Positions 44,676 through 57,200 of a stretch of DNA of 64,000 bases are shown piece by piece; the stretch's first letter is position 1; each line of letters starts with the position of its first letter. The notes beneath the pieces were generated by a model. It saw only the letters and a list, made by a program, of their open reading frames with translations, was not told where the DNA came from and did no database searches. Both the position numbers and the translations under genes were made by a program. Where the stretch lies: the NCBI GenBank assembly GCA_013239625.1, contig MU056000.1, forward strand, positions 15,342,851 through 15,406,850, given 5' to 3'. This DNA is from Lama guanicoe. Lineage: Eukaryota.

Positions 44676-44706
<31 letters not shown>

Positions 44707-44850
44707 TGTGTGGGACCTGGTTCTGCCACTTGCATTAGGTCTAAGCAAATTGTTTACTTTACATGTCTAAGCCAGTTTACTCATGTGTAAAATAAAGGTA
44801 ATAATAATATAACTCATCAAAACATCGTGAGAATTAAATGCAGCACATTT
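44635..44850 (+). mobile_element. MIR interrupted by a (CAG)4(CAT)n trinucleotide repeat at 44659-44705
   Basis: tggttctgccacttgcattagg...tgtaaaataaaggtaataata...gtgagaattaaatg is MIR core. The triplet run is read directly. Confidence 0.7.
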
Positions 44851-46369
44851 TTGCAGAGGATATGCACATTGATAAGTAAATTTTTTTTATTACACATTGC
44901 AAAAAGTGTTGACAGAGCAGAAGAAGAGAAAGGGAGAACTGCTGATTATTTCAGATAATTATCAGTGACAACGTATTGGAATTTTTTGATATTGACAAAT
45001 ACCGTATTCAGTAGATAATGGATTGGGAGAGGCAAAAGTAAATTGCATTTAGAAATTGGAGATTTAAGTGATGATAAGGGCTACAGTATAGTTGTACCCA
45101 TGGGAGGGTGAAAAGAAGGGAAAATATGCATGGTTGGATTGAAAAGTTCAGGAAAGTTAAGGTCAGCATAGTACATACGTCATTAATGTTTAAAAGAAGG
45201 TGTAAGCTGGTATAGTTTTAAATACATTGATTCTTGGCAACTTAGAGATCAAAGTTTTCAGTTGTATAATAGAGTTTTTTTACTTGTGTTGAAGGAAACT
45301 ATTTTGTCTTAAAATCCTGGATCTTGAGTAGGATCAGTTGACATCAGGAATGGCGTTTGGGTTTTTTCTTCTTTTTAAGGAAGTACAATATGATGTTGTA
45401 GTATGACCCAGAATTCCCAGAAGTAGTTTGTTACACCTGTTATTACAACATATAGCGCAGTAGAAGTTGGAAAAAAATAGTAAGAAGAACCCCAGAATGG
45501 AAGTTGAGAATGAATTTCCATAAACTCTTCACAGTTGAAAGGTTTTGCCACCTATTAGTTTATCTTGGTTCTACACAAGTTGCTTGGACACTCTGACTTT
45601 CTATTTAGTCATCTTAAAGTGGGGCAATACAAACAACAAAAAATTAAATTCTTCATAAAGTTGAAGACCTTCTGAGAAATTTAGTAAGTCTGATTGTTAT
45701 GAAAACCCGTTACACTAAGGAATATAAGAGGCTTAACTAAAAGAATTAAGTGGCAGTCCACAACTTATTGCAAATCGGAATTGTCACACATTTAATTACA
45801 TATGTATGTGTACATACGTGTGTATACTGTTTTATGACAATGCATATAAGAGAAGAAATGATCAGTTTTCTTTTCCAGCTTTTGGGTCATTATGACTGCA
45901 TTTATATATGCAGGTTCCTTTTATTCTGAGGCAGAGTTGCAATATAATTTAACAATGATAAAGGAATACATATTTTTAAACAATCTGTGTATATTATTTC
46001 TATATTATACATATGTATACATGTATGTATTAGTGTGTGGGTTTGTGTGTATCTCAGAGAAGACAGAGAATGACATAGTGTCCATAGCAGACCAGTATTC
46101 TGGCTAAATTATTGGAAAGCTAATGGAGCAGATATGAATGAAACTAACTGGGCATAAAATTTGCAGTCTGGAGAATCAGTGTCACAGCCCAGTAAAGGAC
46201 TGGTCTCCTCACCACAATCCTGGAATGAGATGTCAGGACCTGAACATACCAAATACGGCAGAGACTAGTATGAGACGAGAGTAGAAACAGAATAAATTTA
46301 AATGAATGTTTAGATCTCTCTTCCCCCACTGTGTTTGAAACATACAATTCAGAGAAAAATCATTACAGA

Positions 46370-47090
46370 TTTTTTTTAAGAGTTACAATTAACATCATCA
46401 GAGAGAGAAGAAACAAATCATCTAAAAACAAGAGCAGGATAACAGGAAAGAGACGGAAAAAAGAAATACCAACCCCACCATGACAATAACAAACTTCAGA
46501 CATTAGAAAAAAAAATTACGAGAAAGTAAATTCACAGAACTGGGAGACAAAGATGAAAAGATAATCATGAAAGCAGGATAAAATTTTAAATAGAAAGTGA
46601 TAGTTAAAAGATAATTCAATTAACTCTTAAAGCCAGAACATCCGAAAACCAAATAATGTTTAAAATCCCACAAAGAGTTAACAGGAAAACACAGGATAGG
46701 AACCTAGCAGAGAATGAATACAAGGAAATCTCCCAGCACCGAAAGTTCTGAGGCTCCATACTGAAAGGGACTACTGTGTGTCTAGTTCTGAAAATGACAA
46801 AAGATTCATCTTGATATATTAGTGTAAAATTTCATAACTCAAAGGGTAAGAAAAGATCTGAATGTCATCATAAAAACATGCATCCTTCTATTTCATCAGC
46901 TGGGTTGGAGGCTAGAATATAATATAAAAAAAAAACACTTTCAAAATATTTAGGAAAAACAATTCCAAGCGATAGTTGTGCACTTAGCCAAATTATAAAT
47001 TTGGTGAGAAAGCAAGTGAAATTTTCAAACACGGAGAGATTTACAAAACTATCTCCCTCCCACTCCTTTTTTCTTGGGAAGCAAACTGAT
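46370..47090 (+). mobile_element. Ancient L1/HAL1 ORF1-like remnant
   Basis: A-rich, with decayed ORF1-like motifs (gtaaaatttcataac, ctttcaaaatatttaggaaaa). Confidence 0.45.
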
Positions 47091-48250
47091 GTGGTTTACT
47101 GACATTTTATTAATTCTTTTCAGACCTTGCCATAGTTTGGGACCCACTTCAAATATAGTGCCTGCGTATTTACATCAGCTTCTAGGAATTCCCGTTTCAA
47201 CACAATAGTTACTGAAACATTTCCAAGGACCTCTAAAATACCCTCCTCTTACAGACAAAGACTAACACATCCCTTCTAATCTCTTCTTCGTATCACTTGT
47301 TTTTCCTCAAGAGCAGGACTCTATTTTAACATTTCTTTTTCTCTCTGTTTCTATACACACCTCTACCATTCCTTCTTGCTGAAGAACTTTGACAGTTATT
47401 GTGTGAGAAGTATTTGTCTGGCTCTCCCGATGTGGGATGTAGTGAGTCAGTGTACCATCCATCTAACTCAAAGAATTTTGTTATTTATATTATGTTTTAA
47501 AGATCTCTGTGATTCCCATGTTATGTAATCAATATGTAAATGATTTAATGGACTTCATATAAGTGTAACTTGAGAGAAAAGAAATGTCAGAGGAAACGTA
47601 GATAACACCAAAAGCAATAAATTCATTTTACCAAAGAGAGTCGATCACAGGGAGGCTAAGGTGCTTGCCCCTTATGACGTTCCCAGTTAGGGATAGAATT
47701 TGGTACAAGAGCAATTTTAGATTCTTTCTAGTGTATCGCACACCTGTTTCACTCTTATGTGTCCATCTAATACTTCTTTGAACACAAAGGTAACATTTTT
47801 TTAAAATGTATAAGTGACATACATATATTACATAGACTATGTACACATATATTTCTGTAAAGGTAAGCATGCAATGTAATTAAAAAGTTATGTACGATTA
47901 TTGTTAATAGCCAAAATTCCCCATGTAAATTCTAAGCATTTTTACAATGCTTAGTGCCTGAATGAAGGCCAGTGGCTGTGATATTATAAATTTAAAAATC
48001 CCAAGATAGTTAAGAGTATTGAAATACTAGGCCTAGTACCTTCAGTAGCATAAAAAAGAATTCTTCCAATGTATGAACATCAAAAGACCTCTTTTCACCA
48101 TGCCACTTTTGTCATTTCCCATGGTGCATGAAATTATTTCCATTCGTGGTTTTTGTTTTGTTTTGTTTTGTATTTTTCTCATTAATTTATTTGCTTGTTT
48201 GTTGTAAATCAAATAATTTTTGGAATATTTGCTATTAACATCTGTGTGGT

Positions 48251-48598
48251 TGTTGTGGGTTGAACTACATTCTCCTAAAATTCATTTTGAACTCCTAACC
48301 ATCAATATTTCAGAATATGACTGTATTTGAAGATGGGGCCTTTAATTAAGGTCAAAAAGAGGTCATGTGTGTGGGCTCAGTATGACTGGTGTCCTTAGAA
48401 AAGGAATTAGCACAGAAAAAAGACCATGTGAGGATATGGAAAGAAGACAGCCATGGAAAAGCCAAGGATAGAGGCCCTTAGAGGAAATCAGCTCTGCGGA
48501 TACCTTGATCTTGGACTTCTTGCTTCCAGAACTGCCAGCCGTTGTGTTGTTTAAACCACCTGTGGTGCTTTGTTATGCAGCCCTAACAAACTAATGCA
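48251..48598 (+). mobile_element. MaLR solo LTR (MLT1B/C-like) with 5-bp target-site duplication
   Basis: tgttgtgggttgaa...accttgatcttggacttct...ttccagaactg...aaactaatgca. GTGGT at 48246-48250 and 48599-48603. Confidence 0.9.
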
Positions 48599-50110
48599 GT
48601 GGTGTAGCAAAAATAAAAGATAGAGGTACTTCAAAAAGCCTTCTTAATTGAGTGAAAGAAAGACCCACCAATTTTATATATTTGCTTAGCATCTCGGTCG
48701 TGTAGTTTGAAGTGACTAGCCCCTCCTAAGTTTTCCTTGTGCCATCATTGCTTCTGATACATGACTCCATGCAGAGGCAGTCAGATTTTCTAGCAAGATG
48801 CGAAATGCAGTAACTCTTGACAAGAATCATTTTGTCAGCTGGAAGCGATTTGCATATTAACCTTCTTCAAAGGGTCCTGCATCGTGGCATAGCAAATCAT
48901 GTTGCTGGGACCAACCCAGAAGTTGACTGAATGAACTTTTCCTCCAGGATGGTTATGACATTGCCAGCTTTTAAAATATTATATAAGTGTTTCCCAAAGC
49001 ATATTAGACTGCAAATTACCCCACTACATCAAGATTCTAATGCAGTTCCCAGGAATGAGACAAAGATAAAGTTGAGATGGTGAGAGGTAAGAAAGGACAT
49101 CTACAATTATCCCAGGAAGGGCAAGGAGAACTGCAACTATGAGACACCAGAAGAGGGATAGGAAATGCAGATTCAAATGGCCCCAACATAATTATCAGTT
49201 ATATGTTTTTGAAGTAAGTATTTAATAGTGAATAGGACTGAATATAATTTGCCTACATTATTTATATTTCTACCCATTCCCAAGTGTGAATTTCTTCTTT
49301 CACACTTTGTAATACAAATATAATTATAAATATTTCATAAATACAGCAAGATATTGATGACATCTTCAGAACGAATCTATAAGCAAATTTTAATTTTTCC
49401 TATATATTGTTCTAAAATTTCAGGAGTCACTTGTAGAGTTACAATATTAAGAAAATATATTATTATTTCATAGTTAGTTACCTGTTTTGTTAAGTGCATT
49501 TCTATACTGTACAATTCATTTAAAAGTATTGTATATGGGTGCAGTTTACCTGTATGCTTATAAAATCTAGTCTTTCTTAGAAAACTCATCAAATTAAAAA
49601 GTGAAAGTTTTTTTACAGAGGTGGTTTATGGTACTGTTTATATTAGAATTATTGTAGATGACAGCATAAAAAGCAACTGAGCTCCAATATAATAACAATG
49701 TTCACAAAGTTGAATTCTGTATTAATAAGATTGACAAGTCAACTACCTGATTTTGCATTTGTGTTCATTTTAAGAGTTAGTCATTGGTTTGAATTTTCTG
49801 CAGCTCCTGATTTTTTTATTTGTTCAATAAGGTATAATAAATATTTTTAGACATGTTATAAATCCATTCTGTATTATATGATATGTATATTCTTCTCTTT
49901 GCTCATCAAAAAATGACTAGATTGTAAGAAACTCTGAGCAGCTGTATATGAATTATTCTTCCCATGTTTAAATCAATGGCACTTTTTTCCCCCAAAATGT
50001 TTCATAGAAACACAACTTCAATTTTATCTATGACTGAAGTCTTCTATGATCTGGTGATTTGTTAAAACCAACCTTCCACACACCAGCACAGTATTAAGAC
50101 AAAACCAATA

Positions 50111-50116
50111 TTTATT
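50111..50116 (-). promoter_or_regulatory. Best candidate CDH12 polyadenylation signal
   Basis: On the minus strand AATAAA is followed about 20 nt later by a GU-rich tract (ctgtgctggtgtgtggaaggttggtttt), the usual downstream element. Confidence 0.5.
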
Positions 50117-50845
50117 TTAATGTGAAGTTTCAGCCCTGAGGCCTCTCTTTAAAAAGAGAATTTTTTTTTAAATTTCCTTTTTAAAAATTTTATTTTTTTT
50201 TTGGAAAAAAGTAACATTTTAATGAACACCTTTAATAGGAACTAATATTAAGATTAAACATTGCTTTTAAAATTCGGGACTTACATATTGAATTTGATAT
50301 TATCGCATTTATTTCAATTTTCTGAAAGGGTAGAAAAAACAAATAGGTTTTGGCATACAGTTTAAAAAAGAAAAAAATGCATTTTAATTCTAAGAAGATG
50401 GAGTTCAGAAAGCATTCTTCTTTTTTCCTTAAAAGGAGTTAGAAGTCAGCATGTTGCTATTGCTCCTTGACATAAAGACAGGGTCTTTGTTTTATGTCCT
50501 CTGTATCTGAATCCTGTAATGCCATCACAGCAGAGTGTACTGTACACCACTTTAAATGATAAGAGTTTCAATAGGCACTTTAGTGGAATTAAGGAAAATC
50601 TAACACTCTTCCACCGTGATGCCACAGAGCTATCTTCGTTCTGGGTTGCCATGTCAATAAATTGTATTTAAGAGGCCTGAGCTTGTCTCAGTGTGTTTCC
50701 AAAACAACAAAACAAAACCAAGCAAGAGTACACATTATAGGATTTATCTTGTGTTGGCAGAATAAACCGAAACTAACAATATGATAAGTAGAGTAACTTG
50801 CTAGAAACCAGATAATCAAAGAAATCTTGTCCTGTAAAGCCTGGC

Positions 50846-50871
50846 TGTGTGTATGTGTGTGTGTGTGTGTG
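50846..50871. repeat. Interrupted (TG)n repeat, read as (CA)n in the CDH12 3'UTR
   Basis: Direct reading. Confidence 0.92.
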
Positions 50872-50937
50872 ATTTCTATTTGCATTCCTTTTCATTAAAT
50901 GCCTTCTGTTGGTTGTGTTTTAGCCTTTGCTTCTCTC

Positions 50938-51437
50938 TTAAGTGACTTTATCAGGGTTATAACTCTCTTCTTCGCCAAACATGTCTGCCAAGACTTTAAA
51001 GCGGGGTCCCCAGTCTGTCAGATAGTTGTAGTCCTGGTCAGCTTCTGTGGTGAGAGACTCTATCGAGCTAAGGGAGTCGGCTACTGATCCATTTCCTTCA
51101 TAGGCATACGTTGCCAATGAATCGTACGGTGGGGCGGCGGGGTCCAGATCATTTTCCTGAAGCCTTTGATTAATGAAATCCCTTATATCTGTGTTATCTT
51201 CTACTGGGGGTCGCTGACGAGGTAAACAGAGAGAGTCTGGTTTGATATCCCTGCGAATGTTGTTATCGTCAATCACTTTGGGGTTTCTCAGAGCACCGAT
51301 GTCGAAAGCCTGGGTGTCCTCCTCCCCACCCCCTTCATCATCATAATGGATAACGTTGTCTCTGATGTCTTCCTTAGAGGTCATCAGGCTGTCTTTCTTC
51401 TTCTGCCTTCTCAGAGCTACATACAGCACAATGATGG
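50938..51437 (-). CDS. CDH12: Cadherin-12 final coding exon: end of TM helix and cytoplasmic tail with p120- and beta-catenin-binding regions
   Basis: Acceptor ttgttctag|CC ATC ATT GTG at 51438/51437. Translation (A)[14 protein letters not shown]...[15 protein letters not shown]...[13 protein letters not shown]...[24 protein letters not shown], with TAA at 50938-50940. The C-terminus matches CDH12 as I recall it. Confidence 0.96.
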
Positions 51438-51515
51438 CTAGAACAAGACAGAAATTGCAATTTGAGAATATGTCAGTTCATCTCTCCATAAAAAATAAAA
51501 TTGATCAGAGCTGGC

Positions 51516-51519
<4 letters not shown>

Positions 51520-51551
<32 letters not shown>
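51520..51551. repeat. T32 homopolymer (A32 on the CDH12 sense strand, last intron)
   Basis: Direct reading. Confidence 0.95.
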
Positions 51552-54336
51552 CTTGACATCCTATTATTTTCTAAGTAAACATATTGTAATCAATAAAGAT
51601 CATATCTCTGTTGACTTTTTCTTCATTGTTAAAATTCAATTACATTTTGAAATTATAACTAACATGAAACCATAGCAAAATTATTCACAAAACCAAACAA
51701 TTGTAGCCTTGTATTTAACACATACTGTATGTAAATATTTCAGTGTCAGGTAATAAGTGTGTGTTACAAAATTTAAAAAACAGAAAAGAATGGTTGTTCC
51801 AATCATACAGAGAGCTATAAAGCATTGACATAATGACTTGAATTTTATAACCCATAAGTAACACTTAGATATTATTCATATCTAGATCTCTCAGTTGTTA
51901 ACGTTACTGTATTCCTAATGAAATAAACTCAAATCTTCATTTAACAATCACTTTTAAAAGCAATAAGTAAGAAAAAAAAGAGACAAGAATATAGAACTAA
52001 GGACCTTAGTTTTCCAAATTATGTCAACTAAGACCTCTAGTTGTGTAAATTCTATGTCCTGCCAAATTGAGATATTTTCCAAATCACATGTCTTTTACTC
52101 AGGTTACCTTCTTAAAACACGATAATGTTTTGAAATAGTTAATGTACAGACCCTTATTATTGAATGTCTCTTTGTTTCCCATTGATTTACAGCCATCTTT
52201 ATATTGACAGTGTTTCTTTTTTTCTAGGAGCAAATAAGCACAGATTCCCACCATGAAGTCAGTGCTCAACCTTATTTGGCATAACACTATCATCTCCTCC
52301 ATAGTAGTGGTGATAGGTTGAAAGCCAAAACATGTTTGATTTACCACAGCAGAATCTGGAAGGAAGACTCTTGTCATGCGATTAAAAGGTAGAGAAGTCT
52401 GCATGATGATGGAAGCTCATCTGTTCCCTCTTCTTCCAAAATGAAGGAGCAGGAAAGAGGAGATACAGGCAGAGCTTCTGTACAATGTACCTTGGAGAGA
52501 TGTTTAGCACCCTGCACCCCTTCCAGGGTTTAGGCCAATCCCAGAACTAAAGAGACTATTGTTTGTTCACTCAGAGAGTGTGTGAGAGACTGCAGACCTC
52601 ATAGAGAAACCTTGCATAGGTATAAAATGAGTTGCCATGACTGAGAAAGAGACTAATTAGATGTGCTTGAGGGCCAACGAAAAGTTCCCAAGCACCACAA
52701 GATTCTCATGCTCCTCCTCACTCTACGAAGGGCAGAATAAGCTGGAAGACCTAAAGGAGTCTGAGATTGGTTGAGGATATCAGGGAGTAGATGGATTTGT
52801 AAGCAGACGCCATGGCAAGACTCAGGGTGTCAACATTCACTGCTGTATACCAGCAAGTCGCGATGCTAGCGTGGTGCAGGGGCACTGAGGGGGAAGTATT
52901 TGGGTGAACGAGTGGTGGATGACAGTACATGACAAGGCTGACTTTGAGTAACATGAGTTGTTATATTGTAAGAAAGCCAAAGTGGCCAAAGACAAACATC
53001 CAGAATATTGAGTCATGCTAGGTTGATATGGAAATACTCTCAGACTCAGCTTCTAGAGAAGACTATGAGAAAGAAACGTTAGATTTGAAGTTAAACACCT
53101 AATTGATCATTCTCGATTTCAGATGTGAGAGCATTATTTTGAATCTTCCCTTTTAAAGGAGTTTATATCATCAGCCCAAACAGATGCCAGATATAATTTA
53201 TAATTCAAATTATAAGGATATAAAGAATACTTTGTTCTACACACCAAGGTTACTTGGGTGAAATTAATATCTACTTCATGCAAACTGGACTAGAATTGTA
53301 TCCCCTAAACCAAAGTGAGCTTCTGACTCAGAGAATTGTCCTTCACAAACTATTATATAGTATTACTCCATGCTTTGCAACCTAGTAAGTTTTCTTTTAA
53401 GTTTTATTTTCTATATTATAGAAAAAGGTAGGTATCTACATTTGTTGGCATATTTTGTTAACCAATAAGCATGCATATATAAACTGACTCCACGGTGCCC
53501 GACTGTACCTCCACTGCAATTTCGATTTAAAGGGATGACTGGCAAAACAGAAAATCCCTCTCTGCTTTTGTGAGTCTGGCTGTGAATTAATAAGCGAAGT
53601 GGAGTCAGCTGAGCAGAGGTGATGGAAGAGGGAAATTCGCACCATAGGTTTCCATTCTCACAGAGATGTTACAGAATACATTTACTTCAATCCTTTCCCT
53701 TCACTGCGCTTTGAGAAATTCTAGTGTGTTCTGTTCTGTTCTGGTGGGAATGGTTAGAGTTTTGACGTGAGGAGATCTGAGAACAGTGAAATAAAACTTG
53801 CTCTTTCTGGCACTGTAGACAGGAAAGAGACAACTGGAGGTTCCTTTACTTTCTATTTCTTTCCTGTTCTCTTTTGTTTTTTCCTTTCTTGATCAAACTA
53901 GTATTTGAGAACTATTGTTCACCTCATATAATTGTAAAGATTATACAATCTTATTAGGCAGCAATAATTACTAGGATATAAAAAATAAATTGAGAAATCA
54001 TTGCTACAAATAGGATATTTGTCATAGAAAGTTTCATTGCAGTCAGGGTCACAGACTATTACTTGAAAATCCCCTAGGGGCTTGAACATACATTTATATT
54101 TTTTATGATGTCATTTATTTATTTCTATTGGCATATTTCCATGAGGCAAGACAGAGAAAATTAACTTTAATAAAAATATAGTTCAGTCCAATAGACAGTC
54201 TTCCTTCCATCCATTTGTGGCATCTCAATGAAAATTTAAAAATTGATTTATACGGTAAAATGAGGAGAGATACATGAAGAAGGGAGAGAGAAAAAGAAAG
54301 ACAGACTGAGGCTACGCAAGTAATAGTGAAACCAAC

Positions 54337-54588
54337 CTAAGAGTATAACAATGCACAGCAGGATTGCAATCAAAGCCCCAGTGCTGAGTCCCACAGGTAG
54401 AAAAATTGCTTCCACATTACAAGACAGGATGGTACCATCAGAGTCACATCTACAAACTCGAATAGTCATTGTGTTTGTGCTGCTCTGGACAGGATAACTG
54501 CTGTCTTCTATTACAACAGGGAGGAAATACAGCTCTTGCTGCCTGCGGCTGTATCCATTTCTTCGGGTTTCAATTCCAGCTGTGTTGT
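54337..54588 (-). CDS. CDH12: Cadherin-12 exon, 252 nt: end of EC5 and most of the transmembrane segment
   Basis: Acceptor ttttgtag|AC AAC ACA and donor TTA G|gttggt. Translation (N)[83 protein letters not shown]. Phase 1 to phase 1, fitting both neighbours. Confidence 0.96.
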
Positions 54589-56154
54589 CTACAAAACATG
54601 ACACGTATGATAAGATGGTTACTATGCGCCTCACTTCAGACCTCAAAGTTGGTATCTGTTAAACAGTAGGAAGCTCTTCTTAAGTCAGTAAAACTACACC
54701 CAGATTTTAATTCTTTCCTTTATCATTATGAACGCTGTCAAAATGTAATTCAATCTAGTCAAAACAAACCGTAGGAAAAGAAGAAACATTAGTCTTGTCT
54801 GGTGTAAGAATTAAATTTTCTATTCAGAGAGAAAAGAAAATGGCTTATAAGACCAGGAGTATGTTGCACTGACCCACTTTTTTGTTCTGACATCAAAATC
54901 TCACAGAGAAAAAATACTCCAGTGAGCGTTTTCTTACTTGACAGAGGAGCAAAGATTACAATGTAGGAATCTGTATAATATCTTACCTAAGAAACTATTT
55001 TTGAAAATATAACAAATATCAATAAACTATTAGGATAAAACTTGATTTTTTTAATTTTTCTCAAATCTATATGTTACATATATTTGTATATTTATACACT
55101 TTCACTTTCACTTAAGAAACATGAAAAGGAAAATAAAATGTGTTAAAACTGTCAAGATTCATTACAGTTTTTACACATCATGAATTATAATAATTGTCAC
55201 TTTAATTACAAAAATGATTCATTTTAATTCGGATACAATCAACAATGAAATATTTACTTGAACCTATCAAAGGAAATAAGGAGTTTAAATTTTATATTAA
55301 TACAATTAATATTTCTATTAAAATTTTGCATGCATTTGTTCTTTGCTTCTTTTATTTCTATACATAGAAGTGGAAATTTTATTGTATTCATAACACTATT
55401 TCATTTTTAAGTCTATTAAAGTCACTCTTAGAAACACTTTGCTATTTTTTAAAAATGTATTACTATTTAGTTTATTATAGCATACATGATACCCACTTTG
55501 GAATCAGGAAACACAATTTTAGACAAATATGCTACTGAGGAAAATACAAGTATGTCAGAAAAATTCTACTGTCTCAATAATATTCCATTCATCTTTCTGT
55601 AGATTCTAATTTCAACAACTAAAAATTAGGCACCTTCTCCATACCCATTTCAGTGGGAAGCACCAAGTTGAGACAACTTTATATGATAAGATAGAGTTTG
55701 GAATGGGACATAGAAGATATTTTTAAATTGAGAAACAAAGTATCAAGCTGCCAGATGCCTATTATAATATTCTCAACAAGAGTCAGCGATGCCAGGCACT
55801 TGTGTTGACAGTAGGAATAGAAAAATGAGGAGTAGTTGAATTAATATTGAAACCTTCAGCAATTATTAACTGAAAACTTGAATCTAGGGAAAAGAACACT
55901 CAAGGATTAAAGTCTGAAACCTGAGTGAAAAGTGATTACTAGAAATACAAAGTCAGAGAAGCTCGTGTATTTGCACTTAGGAAGCTAGGGTTTCGATATT
56001 CTTGAATACGTCAAAAGGCAGTCTACCCTTTTCAAAGGTTTATTTTCAATCCATTGTTATTATTGATATGTGATGATTCAGAATTCATTATGCTGTCCAT
56101 GATGGGAAGAAAAAAGATATATTAAATGACATTTTCATCTGTAAAATGGTTTCC

Positions 56155-56578
56155 AATGATAAACAGATTAAAAAATGCAATACATGTATACTGTGTATAC
56201 ACACACACAATTGAATATTATTCAGCCATAAGAAAGAAGGAAATTTTGCCATTTGTGACAACATGGATGAACCTGGAGGGCATTCTGCTGGTGAAATAGG
56301 CCAGACAGAAAAAAAGACAAATACTGCAGTGGTATCACTTATATGAGGAATCTTAAAAAAAAAGTGCAACTCATAGAAACAGAAAGTATAAAAATGGTTG
56401 CCAGGGGCTGGAGGTGAGAGAAATAGGAAGAGGTTGGTGAAAGGATACCAACACTCAGTCATAATATGGAGAAGGTCTGAGGACCTAACATATGGCATGG
56501 TGACTGTGGTTGATAACACTGTATTGTATAACTGAAATTTGCTAAGAGAGTAGAAATTAAATGTTCTCACAAAAAAAG
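56155..56578 (+). mobile_element. L1MA-type 3' end, antisense within a CDH12 intron
   Basis: tattattcagccataag...gccatttgtgacaacatggatgaacctggaggg...aaatttgctaagagagtaga...tgttctcacaaaaaaa. Accounts for ORF 56088-56570. Confidence 0.9.
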
Positions 56579-56839
56579 ATGAAAAAAATTTTCTATCTGC
56601 TTAAAAAAAAAACCTTACAATTACACTTAAAATATAACAAGATAAAATTGGCACTATGGTAAGTGGCGAATACATGTTGAGACATGTTGAGACTTTTAAG
56701 TGGCAAATACATGAGAAAACATTACGCTATGAGGCAAGATGATCTGATTCATATTATCACAATTAGTCAGATATAGATTCTCCAGCAAAAAAAAAAAAAT
56801 ACAATGACGGAAAATAGTCATTACTTTTGTTCCTCAGTG

Positions 56840-57200
56840 ATGTGACCATCTGTTGAGTTGCCCAAGCCAATGGTCTGGAAACTGGATTAGTCTTCTTTTT
56901 TATCACTTTTACATATAGTATTCAGGAGATCTAGCATCCAGCTCTATGGATTCTATCTCTAACCACTAACTTCCATCCTCATGGCCATTACCCTAATCCA
57001 AGACTCAGCCAGTTTCTGGAGTGGCATCAGAAGTCGTCTTACATTCCTCTGTTGTATTTTCCACACTGCATCTGAACTGATCTGCTAAAATGCAAATCTG
57101 AAAGTGTTACATTCTCCTGTAAATCTTTCAAAGAATTCTCAAGTCATTAGATTTAAGTTACAAGGTCTGTAAATGGCTTATAGACAGGGTGATCATACAG
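56840..57200. mobile_element. L2 fragment
   Basis: gttgcccaagcca...ttccacactgca...aaaatgcaaatctga. Confidence 0.55.

Larger units (their letters stand above)
50090..50937 (-). other. CDH12: CDH12 3'UTR (distal end uncertain; may extend to about 49.2-49.8 kb)
   Basis: AU-rich sequence after the stop codon with no recognisable interspersed repeat. Minus-strand AATAAA at 50308-50313, 50189-50194, 50111-50116 and 49815-49820. Confidence 0.65.

Noticed and set aside
44605..44790. ORF with a QQQQ-polyHis tract
   Set aside because: Translation of a microsatellite inside a MIR; no ATG start or exon context.
47932..47954. 9-bp stem hairpin ctaagcatt/aatgcttag; similar short stems near 40727-40752 and 57907-57928
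   Set aside because: Stems this short are expected by chance in 64 kb of AT-rich DNA.
1..49000. Remaining short ORFs in the track; CRISPR or other prokaryote-type systems
   Set aside because: The ORFs are repeat-derived or low-complexity with no recognisable domain. No repeat-spacer array or operon-like structure is present; this is mammalian intergenic DNA.
56088..56570. 160-aa ORF on the CDH12 strand
   Set aside because: Antisense reading of an L1MA 3' end; not cadherin-like.
56660..56713. Short nested repeats (taagtggc.aatacatg x2, acatgttgag x2)
   Set aside because: Slippage-type micro-duplications with no sign of function.
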